Shown here: positions 1 through 10,500 of the stretch, one piece after another
Layout of the letters: every line of letters begins with the position of its first letter
How positions within the stretch are numbered: the stretch's first letter is position 1
Virus record (IMG/VR): IMGVR_UViG_3300020048_000043
Span: 1 to 64,000 of that record
Source: an uncultured virus (IMG/VR IMGVR_UViG_3300020048_000043)
Lineage: Duplodnaviria > Heunggongvirae > Uroviricota > Caudoviricetes
Reading direction: 5' to 3' (one strand)
Length of the DNA stretch: 64,000 bases
Notes under the pieces: model-generated
The model's input: the letters and a program-made list of their open reading frames with translations, nothing else
Told to the model about the DNA's origin: nothing
Databases searched by the model: none
Position numbers and translations under genes: made by a program

Positions 1-350
1 TAAGTAATTAGTGTCGAATAAGCTCGTGAATTGCTGGGAACCCCTAAGAGCCTAATGCGCTACAACGTAAGGAGCAATCCTAAACGTGAATGCTGCGAAA
101 GCAGAAAAAAACATTAGGATAGCATATGGTGAAATAAAAGCTCGTTTAACAACGAGTCCTAAGTGCTTTGATAATGGGTAATCAGCAGCCAAGCCGCATA
201 CTGTGCGGAAGGTTCAACGACTATCCCGGAAGGGAGTAGGGCATCCTGGCGACAGGCTCTGTTCGAAGTGCGAGCGCCCTCAATAGAGTAATGCGAGGGA
301 ATGATATAGTCTGTGTTATTTAACAACAGTCGAAAGACAAAGTTGGAACT
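1..350 (+). ncRNA. Group I self-splicing intron catalytic core
   Basis: Conserved elements in order: P AATTGCTGGGAA (~29-40), Q AATCAGCAGCC (~180-190), R GTTCAACGACTA (~212-223), S ATGATATAGTCT (~301-312). Several GNRA-capped hairpins; GC is higher than the flanks. Confidence 0.9.
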
Positions 351-365
351 CTTACATAGTTATAC

Positions 366-394
366 TTGCTTATTTTTATCAAATGTTATATAAT
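366..394 (+). promoter_or_regulatory. Sigma70-type promoter for the intron-encoded tnpB
   Basis: TTGCTT (366-371), 17 bp spacer, TATAAT (389-394); AGGAGG RBS precedes ATG 421. Confidence 0.6.
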
Positions 395-420
395 ATTTGA
401 TAAGAAAGGAGGTGAGTATA

Positions 421-1584
421 ATGAAAGAAATGGTCTCACATACGATTGAGATAAAGATGAATAAGACTATGCGGCGTTATTTAGACATGTGCTTTGGTTA
501 CAACAGATATTGTTGGAATAAGATGTTAGCAGAAAACAATCGACGGCAAGAAGCAAAGGAAAAATATAAATTTGATGATTTGAGTAAGTTTCTTAATGCT
601 ACTAAAGAAGATTGGGAATTTGATATGCCATCTGCTATTCGTGCTACTAGTTTTAATAATTTATATAAATCATTTAAACGAATGTGGAAAGGGATAGCGA
701 ATTACCCTAAATTTAAGAAGAAACATGATCCACAGAAATCTTTTACATATACTGTAGAAGAAAGAACACTTATTTGGAATGATGATTACACTAAATTTAA
801 AATTAATTGTGGAAAAAATTTTAAGACACAACAAAAATACCGTTGGTTCAAATTAACAGAACCAATTGGTTTTAATGGTATTATTAAGCAAGTATGTTTC
901 TTCAAAAAAGCCGATCGATACTTTGCTAATTTTCAGATTCAACTTAACCAAGCACGTGGGCAAACTACAGCTACAGATATTGTGGGAATTGATTTAGGCC
1001 TTAAAACTTACGCTACGTTATCTGACGAAACTACATATAAGCTTCCAAAAAAGAAACTCAAGAATTTGGAAAAACGTGTAGTATTTTATCAGAAAATGAT
1101 GGATCTTAAGTATAAAAAAGGTCAACATCAACAATCACATAAATATTTGAAAACGAAAGCCAAGTTTAATAAGCTGTGGTGGAAAATAACATGTCTCAGG
1201 AAAGATTTTCTTCATCAAACTACCACTGATATTTGTAGGAAGTTCAAAACAATTGTAGTTGAAACTTTACGACCTCTAAACATGATGAAAAATAAGAAGC
1301 TAGCTAAACAAATTCAAGATGCTTGTTGGGGTATGTTTGTAGAAATGTTGCGCTATAAATCAGCATCGCATGGTAACATTTTTATACAAGCAGACAGTTT
1401 TTATCCATCAACACAATTATGTAATTGTTGTGGTCATCGTTTAGAAGGATCTAATAAGTTAAAATTACATGATAGAATCTACAAATGTCCTAAGTGTGGA
1501 AATGAAGAAGATCGAGACACGAACGCTGCCAAAAACCTACAACTTTATGGTAGTCGTATGTTGGCTGGGTTACAGCCATCTTGA
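421..1584 (+). CDS. tnpB: TnpB RNA-guided endonuclease (intron-encoded, possibly IS607-type)
   Basis: RuvC motifs GIDLG, IVVETL and DRDTNAAKNL, with a CNCC...CPKC zinc finger; all catalytic residues present. ATG 421 has an RBS (the track start at 397 does not). Confidence 0.93.
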   Translation: MKEMVSHTIEIKMNKTMRRYLDMCFGYNRYCWNKMLAENNRRQEAKEKYKFDDLSKFLNATKEDWEFDMPSAIRATSFNNLYKSFKRMWKGIANYPKFKKKHDPQKSFTYTVEERTLIWNDDYTKFKINCGKNFKTQQKYRWFKLTEPIGFNGIIKQVCFFKKADRYFANFQIQLNQARGQTTATDIVGIDLGLKTYATLSDETTYKLPKKKLKNLEKRVVFYQKMMDLKYKKGQHQQSHKYLKTKAKFNKLWWKITCLRKDFLHQTTTDICRKFKTIVVETLRPLNMMKNKKLAKQIQDACWGMFVEMLRYKSASHGNIFIQADSFYPSTQLCNCCGHRLEGSNKLKLHDRIYKCPKCGNEEDRDTNAAKNLQLYGSRMLAGLQPS

Positions 1585-1696
1585 AGAACTTGGGAGAACT
1601 CGTAAGACTACAAACTATCGTAGCTAGGTTCGTTTGTACCGAGTTGAATAGACCAATATATGTTTACATACATATATGTAAGAGTTTATATAACAG
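1540..1696 (+). ncRNA. Putative omegaRNA scaffold and intron 3' end (5' boundary approximate)
   Basis: Structured non-coding stretch from the end of tnpB to the predicted 3' splice site. TnpB omegaRNAs are known to lie at element right ends. Confidence 0.6.
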
Positions 1697-2905
1697 GAAT
1701 GTGCGTTCATGCCATTAGAATCACATATGGCTTCTATACTTCCTACAACATCTAGAACATTTTTAAATGCTAAAAAATATAATATACCGTATGGATTAGT
1801 ATTTACATCTACACCTAATGGACGTATTGGTACTGGTGAAGGTTTTTATAATATGGTTATGGATGCGTCTACTAATCCAAATAGTATATATCATTATGTA
1901 TCTATTTATTGGTGGGAATGTCCTGGTTATGATGAAAAATGGTTTGCTGAAAGATGTATGGAAGAACATTGTACTCCGGATGCTCCTAACAGTAAAGTAC
2001 AGCAAGAATATAATTTAATGTTTATAGGTTCTTCTGATAGTATATTTGAACAACAAGTTATGGAACAAATACAAGATCCAAAAAATTCACAAGAACCTTT
2101 AAAAAAAACATCTTATGCGCATGGTTATATCTATTGGTGGGATATGCCTTCAACAAAATTACGTTACGTTGTAGGTGTTGATACTGCTACAGAATATGGA
2201 ACCGATTTTTCTACGATATACGTCGATTGTTTTGAAACTGGGCAGCAAATAGCAGAAGCTAAATTTAAATGCAGTATAAAGCAGTTTTGCCACCAATACC
2301 TGCCCATAATAGTAGATCTATTACCACATAAAGTTTTAGTTATTGAACGTAACGGTGTAGGTAATCAAACCATAGAAGAATTAGTAGAGGTGTATGGAGA
2401 TATTATATTAAAGGATAATAAAGGTGTAGAAGAAAACAGTAGACCTAAATACGGAATACATTCTACTGCACAAACTAGAAATTTAGTAATAGAACAAATA
2501 TTTTCTACTATAGCAAATAATCATAATAATGTTTTATCACATAATTTAAAAATGGAAGCGGCTGGATTAGAACGTAAATCTTCAGGAAGAATTGAAGGAC
2601 AACCAGACGACTTATGTTTTGCTATGGGTTGGGCAAAATACGCATCTATGTATTATGATTTAACACAATATTTTGGTATTAGTCAAAAACAAACATTTGA
2701 TACATTAGCTATAGATGGGCAAGTTATATTAACTGAGTCTGATAATGATAATTCCGTTGTAATAGATACTACAGCATATCAAATGATACATGGTGTAAAT
2801 CCATTTGAACAAGAGGATTTTCAAATATACCAGAGTTTTAAACAGAACAAATTTAGGAAACAAGACCAACAAGATATTTTGGTTCAGATCGAAGATTTAT
2901 TATAA
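1697..2905 (+). CDS. terL: Terminase large subunit, 3' exon
   Basis: ECAF (second half of a DExAF Walker B), TSTPNG coupling motif, QEY, nuclease motifs VGVDTA and IERNGVG, and PDDLCFA. Confidence 0.88.
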   Translation, partial: ECAFMPLESHMASILPTTSRTFLNAKKYNIPYGLVFTSTPNGRIGTGEGFYNMVMDASTNPNSIYHYVSIYWWECPGYDEKWFAERCMEEHCTPDAPNSKVQQEYNLMFIGSSDSIFEQQVMEQIQDPKNSQEPLKKTSYAHGYIYWWDMPSTKLRYVVGVDTATEYGTDFSTIYVDCFETGQQIAEAKFKCSIKQFCHQYLPIIVDLLPHKVLVIERNGVGNQTIEELVEVYGDIILKDNKGVEENSRPKYGIHSTAQTRNLVIEQIFSTIANNHNNVLSHNLKMEAAGLERKSSGRIEGQPDDLCFAMGWAKYASMYYDLTQYFGISQKQTFDTLAIDGQVILTESDNDNSVVIDTTAYQMIHGVNPFEQEDFQIYQSFKQNKFRKQDQQDILVQIEDLL

Positions 2906-2946
2906 TTATTATTTAAAGGAGGTTTAATGACATTAATACATTTAGA

Positions 2947-3915
2947 TTGTTTCGTGAGTTATGCGGAACAAACAAGTTAGTATGTTTTCCTAGTATGTAT
3001 AGTGATTTATCCACATACTATAATTGGAATCTTACTGAACATTCCGCTAATGAAATGCTATCAAATTATAATACATATCATAATCTATTATGGGATTACA
3101 TTAAACAAAATAAATGTATTGTTGATAATGAAACAGATGATTTTAAAACACCATTAATTAATAACGATGATGGAATATATTTCAATGTTTTGAAAATAGA
3201 TTTTCAACGAGCGTTCACCAATTATATTTTCAAAACAGTTCCATCACATATTTATAATATTATTAAATCTTTTTGTATTGAAATTTCAAAATTATATCTT
3301 CCATCAAAAGCTAAAAAATTTTTATACAATTATACATTGACAAATATATTAGTAAACATGATTGGTAAGAAGCAATTAGCTATATTAAGAAAAACTGTTT
3401 ATGATGATGTATTATATGTTTGTACTCAGTTAGGTGAAATTATTAAAACTGAAGTAGACGGTGCATATATTACAACAAATTTACAAGAAATACCTATATA
3501 TGATATTTTTGGTTCATTGACTATAAGATCTTATAAATGGATTGTTTGGAATAAACCTATTATGGTAGGATTAAGAAAAGATAAAAATACAACTACAGTA
3601 TTAGGTTTAGGAAAATATATACCAAATATTTTTTATAAAACATTAGAAAATATTGTAATAGGTTCTAATATGCAAAGAGATGAATGTATTGAATGTTTTT
3701 TATATTCACCGTCTATTCATATTTTAGATTGGTGTTATAAAACAGAAGATGGTTTAAAAATAGAATTAGATTGTCAAAATTCAAAAATAGAATTAGAAAC
3801 AAAAAATGTAAAAGATATAGAAGATTTGAGGGAATTATCATCTATGTTAAATAGAGATAAATATTTTGAAACTATTTCGAACATTTTAATGATGGTTTAT
3901 GAACTTGTAGGATAA
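2947..3915 (+). CDS. Hypothetical protein, possibly a divergent family-B DNA polymerase palm (start uncertain)
   Basis: KIDFQRAF, AKKFLYNY and KTEVDGAYI appear in the order of PolB motifs A/B/C; no exonuclease domain. Confidence 0.4.
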   Translation: MFRELCGTNKLVCFPSMYSDLSTYYNWNLTEHSANEMLSNYNTYHNLLWDYIKQNKCIVDNETDDFKTPLINNDDGIYFNVLKIDFQRAFTNYIFKTVPSHIYNIIKSFCIEISKLYLPSKAKKFLYNYTLTNILVNMIGKKQLAILRKTVYDDVLYVCTQLGEIIKTEVDGAYITTNLQEIPIYDIFGSLTIRSYKWIVWNKPIMVGLRKDKNTTTVLGLGKYIPNIFYKTLENIVIGSNMQRDECIECFLYSPSIHILDWCYKTEDGLKIELDCQNSKIELETKNVKDIEDLRELSSMLNRDKYFETISNILMMVYELVG

Positions 3916-3935
3916 GGAGGAGTGAGATTATCATC

Positions 3936-4955
3936 ATGAGTTTAAACGTAAAAAGATTTGTATCACTTCTCCGAAAATTATCTGAACATGAAATTATATT
4001 ACCTCTATTAGCAGATATAATTGAAGGTCAAATACAAGAAGGTAATATTAAAGTAGATTCATATAATTTTCGTAGATCTCCATATGGTATTCATTATGAT
4101 TTAGATAAAAACATTGTTATTATTAGTCCTATTACAATAGATTCTATTATGTATACAAATTTTACACAACAATTATGGGCTTGGGTTAAAAATCAAACAG
4201 GTATATTAAAAGATTCAAAATATGCTAAAGAATTATCAAAAAGTAGATTAGGCCTTTTAATTGGAACATTATTATATCATGGAATTCATATTTTTAATAG
4301 ACATAATAGAGGAGAACTTATCAAGCATCCAGATACGAAACGTTGGTATCTAGAATTTATATTTAGATGTATATATTATTTTAGTGATGGACTTACTACA
4401 ATGCCTAGAAATGCTGCTTTAAAATTATATTATCCATATTTGTGGTTAGTATTTGAACGTTTTGAAAGTCCTATGTATCATAATCAATCTTTGTCTGATA
4501 GTAAAATAGATAATATTTTAGGTAGTTTTTTTAATTATAGTAAAACAGACATATATCCATCCTTAGCACAAAGTGGTTTAGATCAACCTTCATTGGATAT
4601 TTACCAAGAATGGATTATTGAGTTTTCAAAAAATTTGAAATTATTATTTTATAATCAACATATGAGATTAGATCAAATGACACAAGATTTTTTAGATAAT
4701 CAACGTACAGGTGGTAGAGAAAAAGAAATTAAATTAATTAATGCTGTTAATGTTAAAGCATTACAAGATGCATACAATATTATAAACACTGTAGATGTAT
4801 TAGAAAAAAGATTTCCTGCTCCACCCATGAGGGAATTATTTATCACATCAGAACCCTTAGCACAAAGTTTGTTTGCTGAATACGTAAGCGGTAAAACATC
4901 TGGTTACGAAGATTGGCAAAAGATTAGTGCTAGAGGTCTTTCATTCTTAGGTTAA
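3936..4955 (+). CDS. Hypothetical protein
   Basis: 339 aa ORF in the virion block. Confidence 0.7.
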   Translation: MSLNVKRFVSLLRKLSEHEIILPLLADIIEGQIQEGNIKVDSYNFRRSPYGIHYDLDKNIVIISPITIDSIMYTNFTQQLWAWVKNQTGILKDSKYAKELSKSRLGLLIGTLLYHGIHIFNRHNRGELIKHPDTKRWYLEFIFRCIYYFSDGLTTMPRNAALKLYYPYLWLVFERFESPMYHNQSLSDSKIDNILGSFFNYSKTDIYPSLAQSGLDQPSLDIYQEWIIEFSKNLKLLFYNQHMRLDQMTQDFLDNQRTGGREKEIKLINAVNVKALQDAYNIINTVDVLEKRFPAPPMRELFITSEPLAQSLFAEYVSGKTSGYEDWQKISARGLSFLG

Positions 4956-5019
4956 AACTATTATAATTATGATTTGTATCTACAATTTTAATTCATTTTA
5001 TATACGGGGGTAGATACAA

Positions 5020-6705
5020 ATGGCTTTCAATATTTTCCCAGGTGTTTATACTACGATTAGAGATAATTCGTTTTATATTCAACCTTTACCAGGCGCAATA
5101 GGTTTTATTTGTATGTTTACAGAAAAAGGACCAGATAATGTTGTCCGTATGTGTACAGGACCGCAAGATTTAATAGAAACATACGGTCGTGGTAATCCAG
5201 CCAAATACGGACAAGGCTGGTATGTGGCTATGCAGTATTTAGGTATTTTAGGGAATTTGTATATGGTTCGTGTTACACCATCAGATGCAGTTTATTCTAC
5301 ATTATGTTTAAAACATTTATCTGTTGATATTGATAGTGATGGTGTTAATGAAGATACGTTAACAGTTGTTGTTCCACCAGCAACATTTATTACAAAACAA
5401 ATAATGGATACAGCATTAGAAAATAGTTTAGCAGATGTTATTTTTTATACTACAGGTCGTGGAGACTGGTATAATAATTTACATATTAAACTAACACGTG
5501 CTATGGAATATGAAAATACATATATTTTAGATTTATATCAAAATGTCGAAGGAACATCCTTACCTGCTCTTATCGAATCTTATACAGTATCTTTTGATAA
5601 AGAATCAAAAGATATTAGTGGTGAGAGTATGTATATTGAAACTGTTCTTGATAGATATAGTGATATTATTCGTGTAGCAGTGAGTGATGCTGTAACAAAA
5701 GATTGGGTTTGTGATTTTCCATTTACAACATATTTACCATTAACAAATGGTTCTGATGGAACTATGTATGATGTTAATGGTAAAATAAACTGGGTTGTTA
5801 TGCAAAATTCTTTAGCACAAGCATATTCCGGATTAGCTGTCAATCCATTAACAGGTGAACCTGATATTGAAATTTTAGATCCGGATTGTTTAATGTTTAG
5901 TGTTGTATTTGATGCAGGTTATCCAACTGTTGTTAAAGATGCTATTATAGATCTTTGTAATAATAGAACAGATTGTTTTGCCTTTTTGGATAATGGTCAG
6001 GATCCGTTCACCCTTTTTCACCTTTTCCCCNNNNNNNNNNTGGATAATGGTGATAATGCACGAGCAGTTAACGCATTACAAAAAAGATCTAATACACATA
6101 ATTATCAAACATTTAGAGCAGCATTATATGAAATGTATACTAAAGTATATGATACCTTTACAGGTCAATATATTTGGATGACACCTATTTATCACGTAGC
6201 TAGAGCATTCGCTATGACAGAACGTGATTATGATTTGTGGTGGCCATTTGCTGGTCTTAATCGTGGTGTATGTAATGGTATTAAAGATATTAGATATAAA
6301 CTTGTTGGTGGGTTTAGAGATCAATTTAAACTCAATCAATTGAATCCTATCATGAGATGGGCACAAGGCGGAGACACCATTTGGGGTAACTGGACATGCC
6401 AAAGTAGACCAAGCGCATTACAAAATATTCACGTTGTTCTTTGCTTGCTTTATATTAAACGTGTACTTGAATGGAATCTTAAATATTATATTTATGAATT
6501 TAATGATGCATTCACTTGGGCTCTAATCCGTGATACAGTCAGTCAATTCTTAGGTGAAATGAAAACAAGAAGGGCATTAGAATGGTTTACAGTTAATGTA
6601 TTTGCTACGGATTATGATAAAAAAATCAATAGATGCCAAGTTGTTATAGATTTAAGAGTTACTGGTGCTATTGAAACAATTAGCATTACATTAATTGCAC
6701 ATTAA
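5020..6705 (+). CDS. Contractile tail sheath protein (contains an assembly gap and an apparent insert at 5998-6040)
   Basis: N-terminal PGVYT, FDAGYP, WWPFAGLNRG, LNPI, IWGN and YEFND sheath motifs. Confidence 0.9.
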   Translation: MAFNIFPGVYTTIRDNSFYIQPLPGAIGFICMFTEKGPDNVVRMCTGPQDLIETYGRGNPAKYGQGWYVAMQYLGILGNLYMVRVTPSDAVYSTLCLKHLSVDIDSDGVNEDTLTVVVPPATFITKQIMDTALENSLADVIFYTTGRGDWYNNLHIKLTRAMEYENTYILDLYQNVEGTSLPALIESYTVSFDKESKDISGESMYIETVLDRYSDIIRVAVSDAVTKDWVCDFPFTTYLPLTNGSDGTMYDVNGKINWVVMQNSLAQAYSGLAVNPLTGEPDIEILDPDCLMFSVVFDAGYPTVVKDAIIDLCNNRTDCFAFLDNGQDPFTLFHLFPXXXXDNGDNARAVNALQKRSNTHNYQTFRAALYEMYTKVYDTFTGQYIWMTPIYHVARAFAMTERDYDLWWPFAGLNRGVCNGIKDIRYKLVGGFRDQFKLNQLNPIMRWAQGGDTIWGNWTCQSRPSALQNIHVVLCLLYIKRVLEWNLKYYIYEFNDAFTWALIRDTVSQFLGEMKTRRALEWFTVNVFATDYDKKINRCQVVIDLRVTGAIETISITLIAH

Positions 6706-6735
6706 TTTAAACCATTTAAAAAGGAGTTGATTTGA

Positions 6736-7443
6736 ATGTCTGTGAATCCATTCATTGGATTAGAATTCCAAAAGTATGATTATAAAGATCAATTACGTAC
6801 AGTATTTGGAGGTAATAGTACATATATAGATCCGTATACAACAGGCTATCATTATGTGTATTTTACATTACCTAGTGCATTATCTACATCACAACAAAAA
6901 TTCTTAACAACAGTATGTCAAAGCGTTCAAATTCCAGGTATTACTGTTAATAATATTGAATATGCTGGTACTAACAATATGAAATGGTACTATCCCGGAA
7001 CAGTGGAATACGACAATAACAGATTTACTTGTAAATTTGTCGAATTCCAAGGATTACCTATTCTTCAAATTATGGGACAATGGGTAAATATTTTTAGAAA
7101 TCTTATTTATGGTATTTCAGATCCAGAAAAAGGAAGTACATCACAAGGTGGTTTTAAAGGTAAAGCGATTTATGCTACAACACTTTTTGATGGTAAAACA
7201 GTTCAATTTGCTGCTGCTTTTGTTGGTATTTATCCTACTAAAGTTCCTACGGATGCTTTTGGTAGTGATAAAACAAATCATGAAAAAGTTGAACATGATA
7301 TTGAATTTACATTCGACCATATGTATACAGGTAAAAACGTAATTCAAGCTGCTACAGCATTAGTATCTGCCACACAAGGCGATGGTATTGCAGAAGTTAC
7401 TAAACTTTATAACGAAGCAACATCTGGTGGTAGTGGTAATTAA
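6736..7443 (+). CDS. Tail tube protein
   Basis: Directly follows the sheath gene; CQSVQIPG, GIYPTKVP and IEFTFD resemble T4 gp19-like tubes. Confidence 0.75.
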   Translation: MSVNPFIGLEFQKYDYKDQLRTVFGGNSTYIDPYTTGYHYVYFTLPSALSTSQQKFLTTVCQSVQIPGITVNNIEYAGTNNMKWYYPGTVEYDNNRFTCKFVEFQGLPILQIMGQWVNIFRNLIYGISDPEKGSTSQGGFKGKAIYATTLFDGKTVQFAAAFVGIYPTKVPTDAFGSDKTNHEKVEHDIEFTFDHMYTGKNVIQAATALVSATQGDGIAEVTKLYNEATSGGSGN

Positions 7444-7463
7444 AGTTTTATATATTACAAATT

Positions 7464-7504
7464 TAATTGAGTGGTGTATATATTACACCACTCAATTATT
7501 TTTT
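7464..7504 (+). terminator. Rho-independent terminator
   Basis: 15 bp inverted repeat TAATTGAGTGGTGTA/TACACCACTCAATTA followed by a T run. Confidence 0.8.
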
Positions 7505-7523
7505 ATAATCGGGGTGTATAATT

Positions 7524-10500
7524 TTGTCTATTAAAACACGCGAATTACCTTCATTCGATCCATTTGATATTAAGAAAGAACTTGTTCAATTAGCAGATAA
7601 TCATTTTGGTGTTAATAATGTTGATTTATATGAATCTGGATTTCTGGGTTATTTGATTCAATCATTAACGTTTTTAACATCAGATATGTTATATCAAAAC
7701 GCTATGGCATATAATGAAGCGTTTTTAAAAAGATCTATATTACCATCATCTGTAACAGAAATTGCATCACAATTAGATTATAAAGCACAAAAAACTATAC
7801 CTGCAGAAGGTCCAATGACATTAGCCATACCTATTATACAAGATAGAGAAATGTTAATTAAAATTCCTATTGGTGCTAATGTTGTTGCTAACAATATTAC
7901 ATATAAAGTTAAAAACAATTATTATGTAGAAAAAAATTCTAGAGGAATTGTTGTCACAACACAAAATTCAGAAACAGGATTAGTACAAAACATACCTCAT
8001 AAAATTGAAATGAGAAATAAACAATTATGTATAATTTTTAATGTTACTATATGGCAAATAGAAATTTTCTCATATGAATTTGTTGTTGAAAATCCTATGT
8101 TATATGTATTTTATGAAGAAACAGTTGGTAATTATAATGGTCAGTTGTATAAAATTATTGTTAATGCAGAAAGTGAAATTTATACAGAAGTTAGTTCTAT
8201 ATATCAAGCTAAACCACATAATAGATATTATGAAGTAAAAATAGATAATGTAACACCACTTATTACAATTAAATTTGGTAATGGTATATATGGATATCAA
8301 CCTAAAGCTGGGGCAGAAGCACTTATTACGGTATATACAACTTTAGGTGTAGATGGAAATATAATAGCACAATCTGCTAAACTTACAGAACGTATTGTTG
8401 ATAATATTTCTGGACAAATTGTTAATGTTGAAAGTTATAATCCAGCAGCTATTAATAATGGACAAGATAAAGAAAATATTGAAGATATGAAGCGTCATAC
8501 TATTGAAAATATTAGTGCTGCTAAAAGATTAGTTACAAATATAGATTATTATGGTTTTCAAGGTGTGACAGGTTTAACAAATTTTAAAGCATTACCTGTT
8601 CTTAAAAAAAGAGATGTTATAGGAAATCATATAGATGTGTTTTCTGTATTATTTGATGATAAAAATAAACCTATACCTACAAATACTATTCCGTTATTGT
8701 TACCTTCTATTTTAGAAGAAAATAATACAGTATTAAAACAAGGTGAAGAAATTATTCATGATGGGTTTAGATATATTTCACCTTTTCATATTATGTTAGA
8801 TACAACATATGATATTCCTGTAGCTAGATATTATTATAGTTTGACAAATTTATTAGTAACACCTTTATTATTTAGTAGAAATGTTAATGAAGATATTTTA
8901 ATGGGTTTAAGACAAGTACAAGCAAAAATATTTGATAATACAGATCAGATAGTATTTATTGGAGAAATTTTTAAATTAGCAGAAATGGATGCTGGAAAAA
9001 TTCATGGTGTATTACAAATACAAGGTTATGAAGATATTGAATTGGAGTTTTCTCAACAATATGATGATAAAGTAACTGTTAATATTTCTAGTAGTTATTT
9101 AGATTCGACTGCTTTACCTACTAGTGATTTTATATGGACTGTTAAATTATATTATGGAGATCGTTTTTATAATACATATCAAGGTGAATGGAAATTATTT
9201 GAAGCAGGTAAAATTATAGATACTAACATAATAGCAACAGTTAATTCTTCATTATATATAAATAGTTTCTTAGATGTGGAAAGTATTATTTTTAAAGTAA
9301 ATCAAAATACACAGTCTGGATATTTTGAAATAATTGTAAAAAAATTATCAAATACAGATTTAGGTGGAAACACTATTAACAATTCAGATATAAATGTAAA
9401 TATTAATATATTAGGTGATATATATAATGCTAATATGACATCTGTAACATCTACTAGATTAGTATTTACAACACAATTTATTAATTTATCAAAATTTCAA
9501 GTTAATGTAGTAGAAGCATTAACAATAGCAGTATCGTATCAAGATACAATATATAATGAATATTTCAGTAATATAGATGTCTTAACACATGGAAGAAGAT
9601 TTTTACAAACAATAGTGAATGATAAACCACAATTAATAGATGTTCCTGCTATAGAACTTGTTCATTTAGGATTGAATGAAATATCTATTAAAAAAATAGA
9701 TAATTCATATATCTTCTTTTTTAGAATTAGTAAAATGGCAAATAATAGTGCAAATAAAATTTCTTGTAAACTGATGTTAGAAAATATGATGTTTGATCTA
9801 TCTGAAGATATTATGAATGAGTTTCAAGGAGAATTGACAGAAACAGAAACAGATCCAACACCAAACAATGTAAATTCTACTGTTATGTTTATGTCTCCAC
9901 CAATAAATTCAGATACAATATCTTTTGGTAATATACCATTCAAAGTAGAATTAATGTATGATGGTGAAATGTATTCTATTTATAAACAAAATACAATATT
10001 TCATTATGATTTAACAGAAATAATACATAGTAATGTTAGTAGAAATCCAGATGATTTTTATTCATATGTATGGAGTGTACCTGTTATTGAAAAAGAATAT
10101 TATACAGAAAATATAGATTATTTAGATCAATATATATTTAGTGAATTTGCTAGATTATGTGATGCTTTTAAAAAATATAAAATGTTAACAGATAGAGTGA
10201 ATTTGAAATTTGCTAGAACATTTGGAAATATATCTAATGTATTTTTAAATAGATATAATCCTATACCTGCTAAATCATATTCTGATGATTTTGATATGAA
10301 TATTATACCACAAATAAAAGTCAAAGTATATATTAAAAAAGATGCTCGTAATGATATACCTAGCATTATAGACGAATGTAAAAATGTATTATATACTTTC
10401 TTACAATTAAAATCAAATTTTCATACAAATATTTATAGAAGTGAAATGGCAAGATTTTTACATGATACTGTAGATGATTTGGAATTTTGTGAAATATTAT

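Larger units (their letters stand above)
1..1696 (+). mobile_element. IStron-like element: group I intron carrying tnpB, inserted in the large terminase gene (5' end probably just upstream of the window)
   Basis: Group I core motifs are followed by tnpB and end at TAACAG (G1696). The terminase frame resumes immediately after as GAA TGT GCG TTC ATG (E-C-A-F-M). Confidence 0.85.

Noticed and set aside
1709..2905. Terminase as a complete gene starting at ATG 1709
   Set aside because: It lacks the N-terminal ATPase half, and the frame extends to ECAF right after the predicted splice site, so it is better read as a 3' exon.
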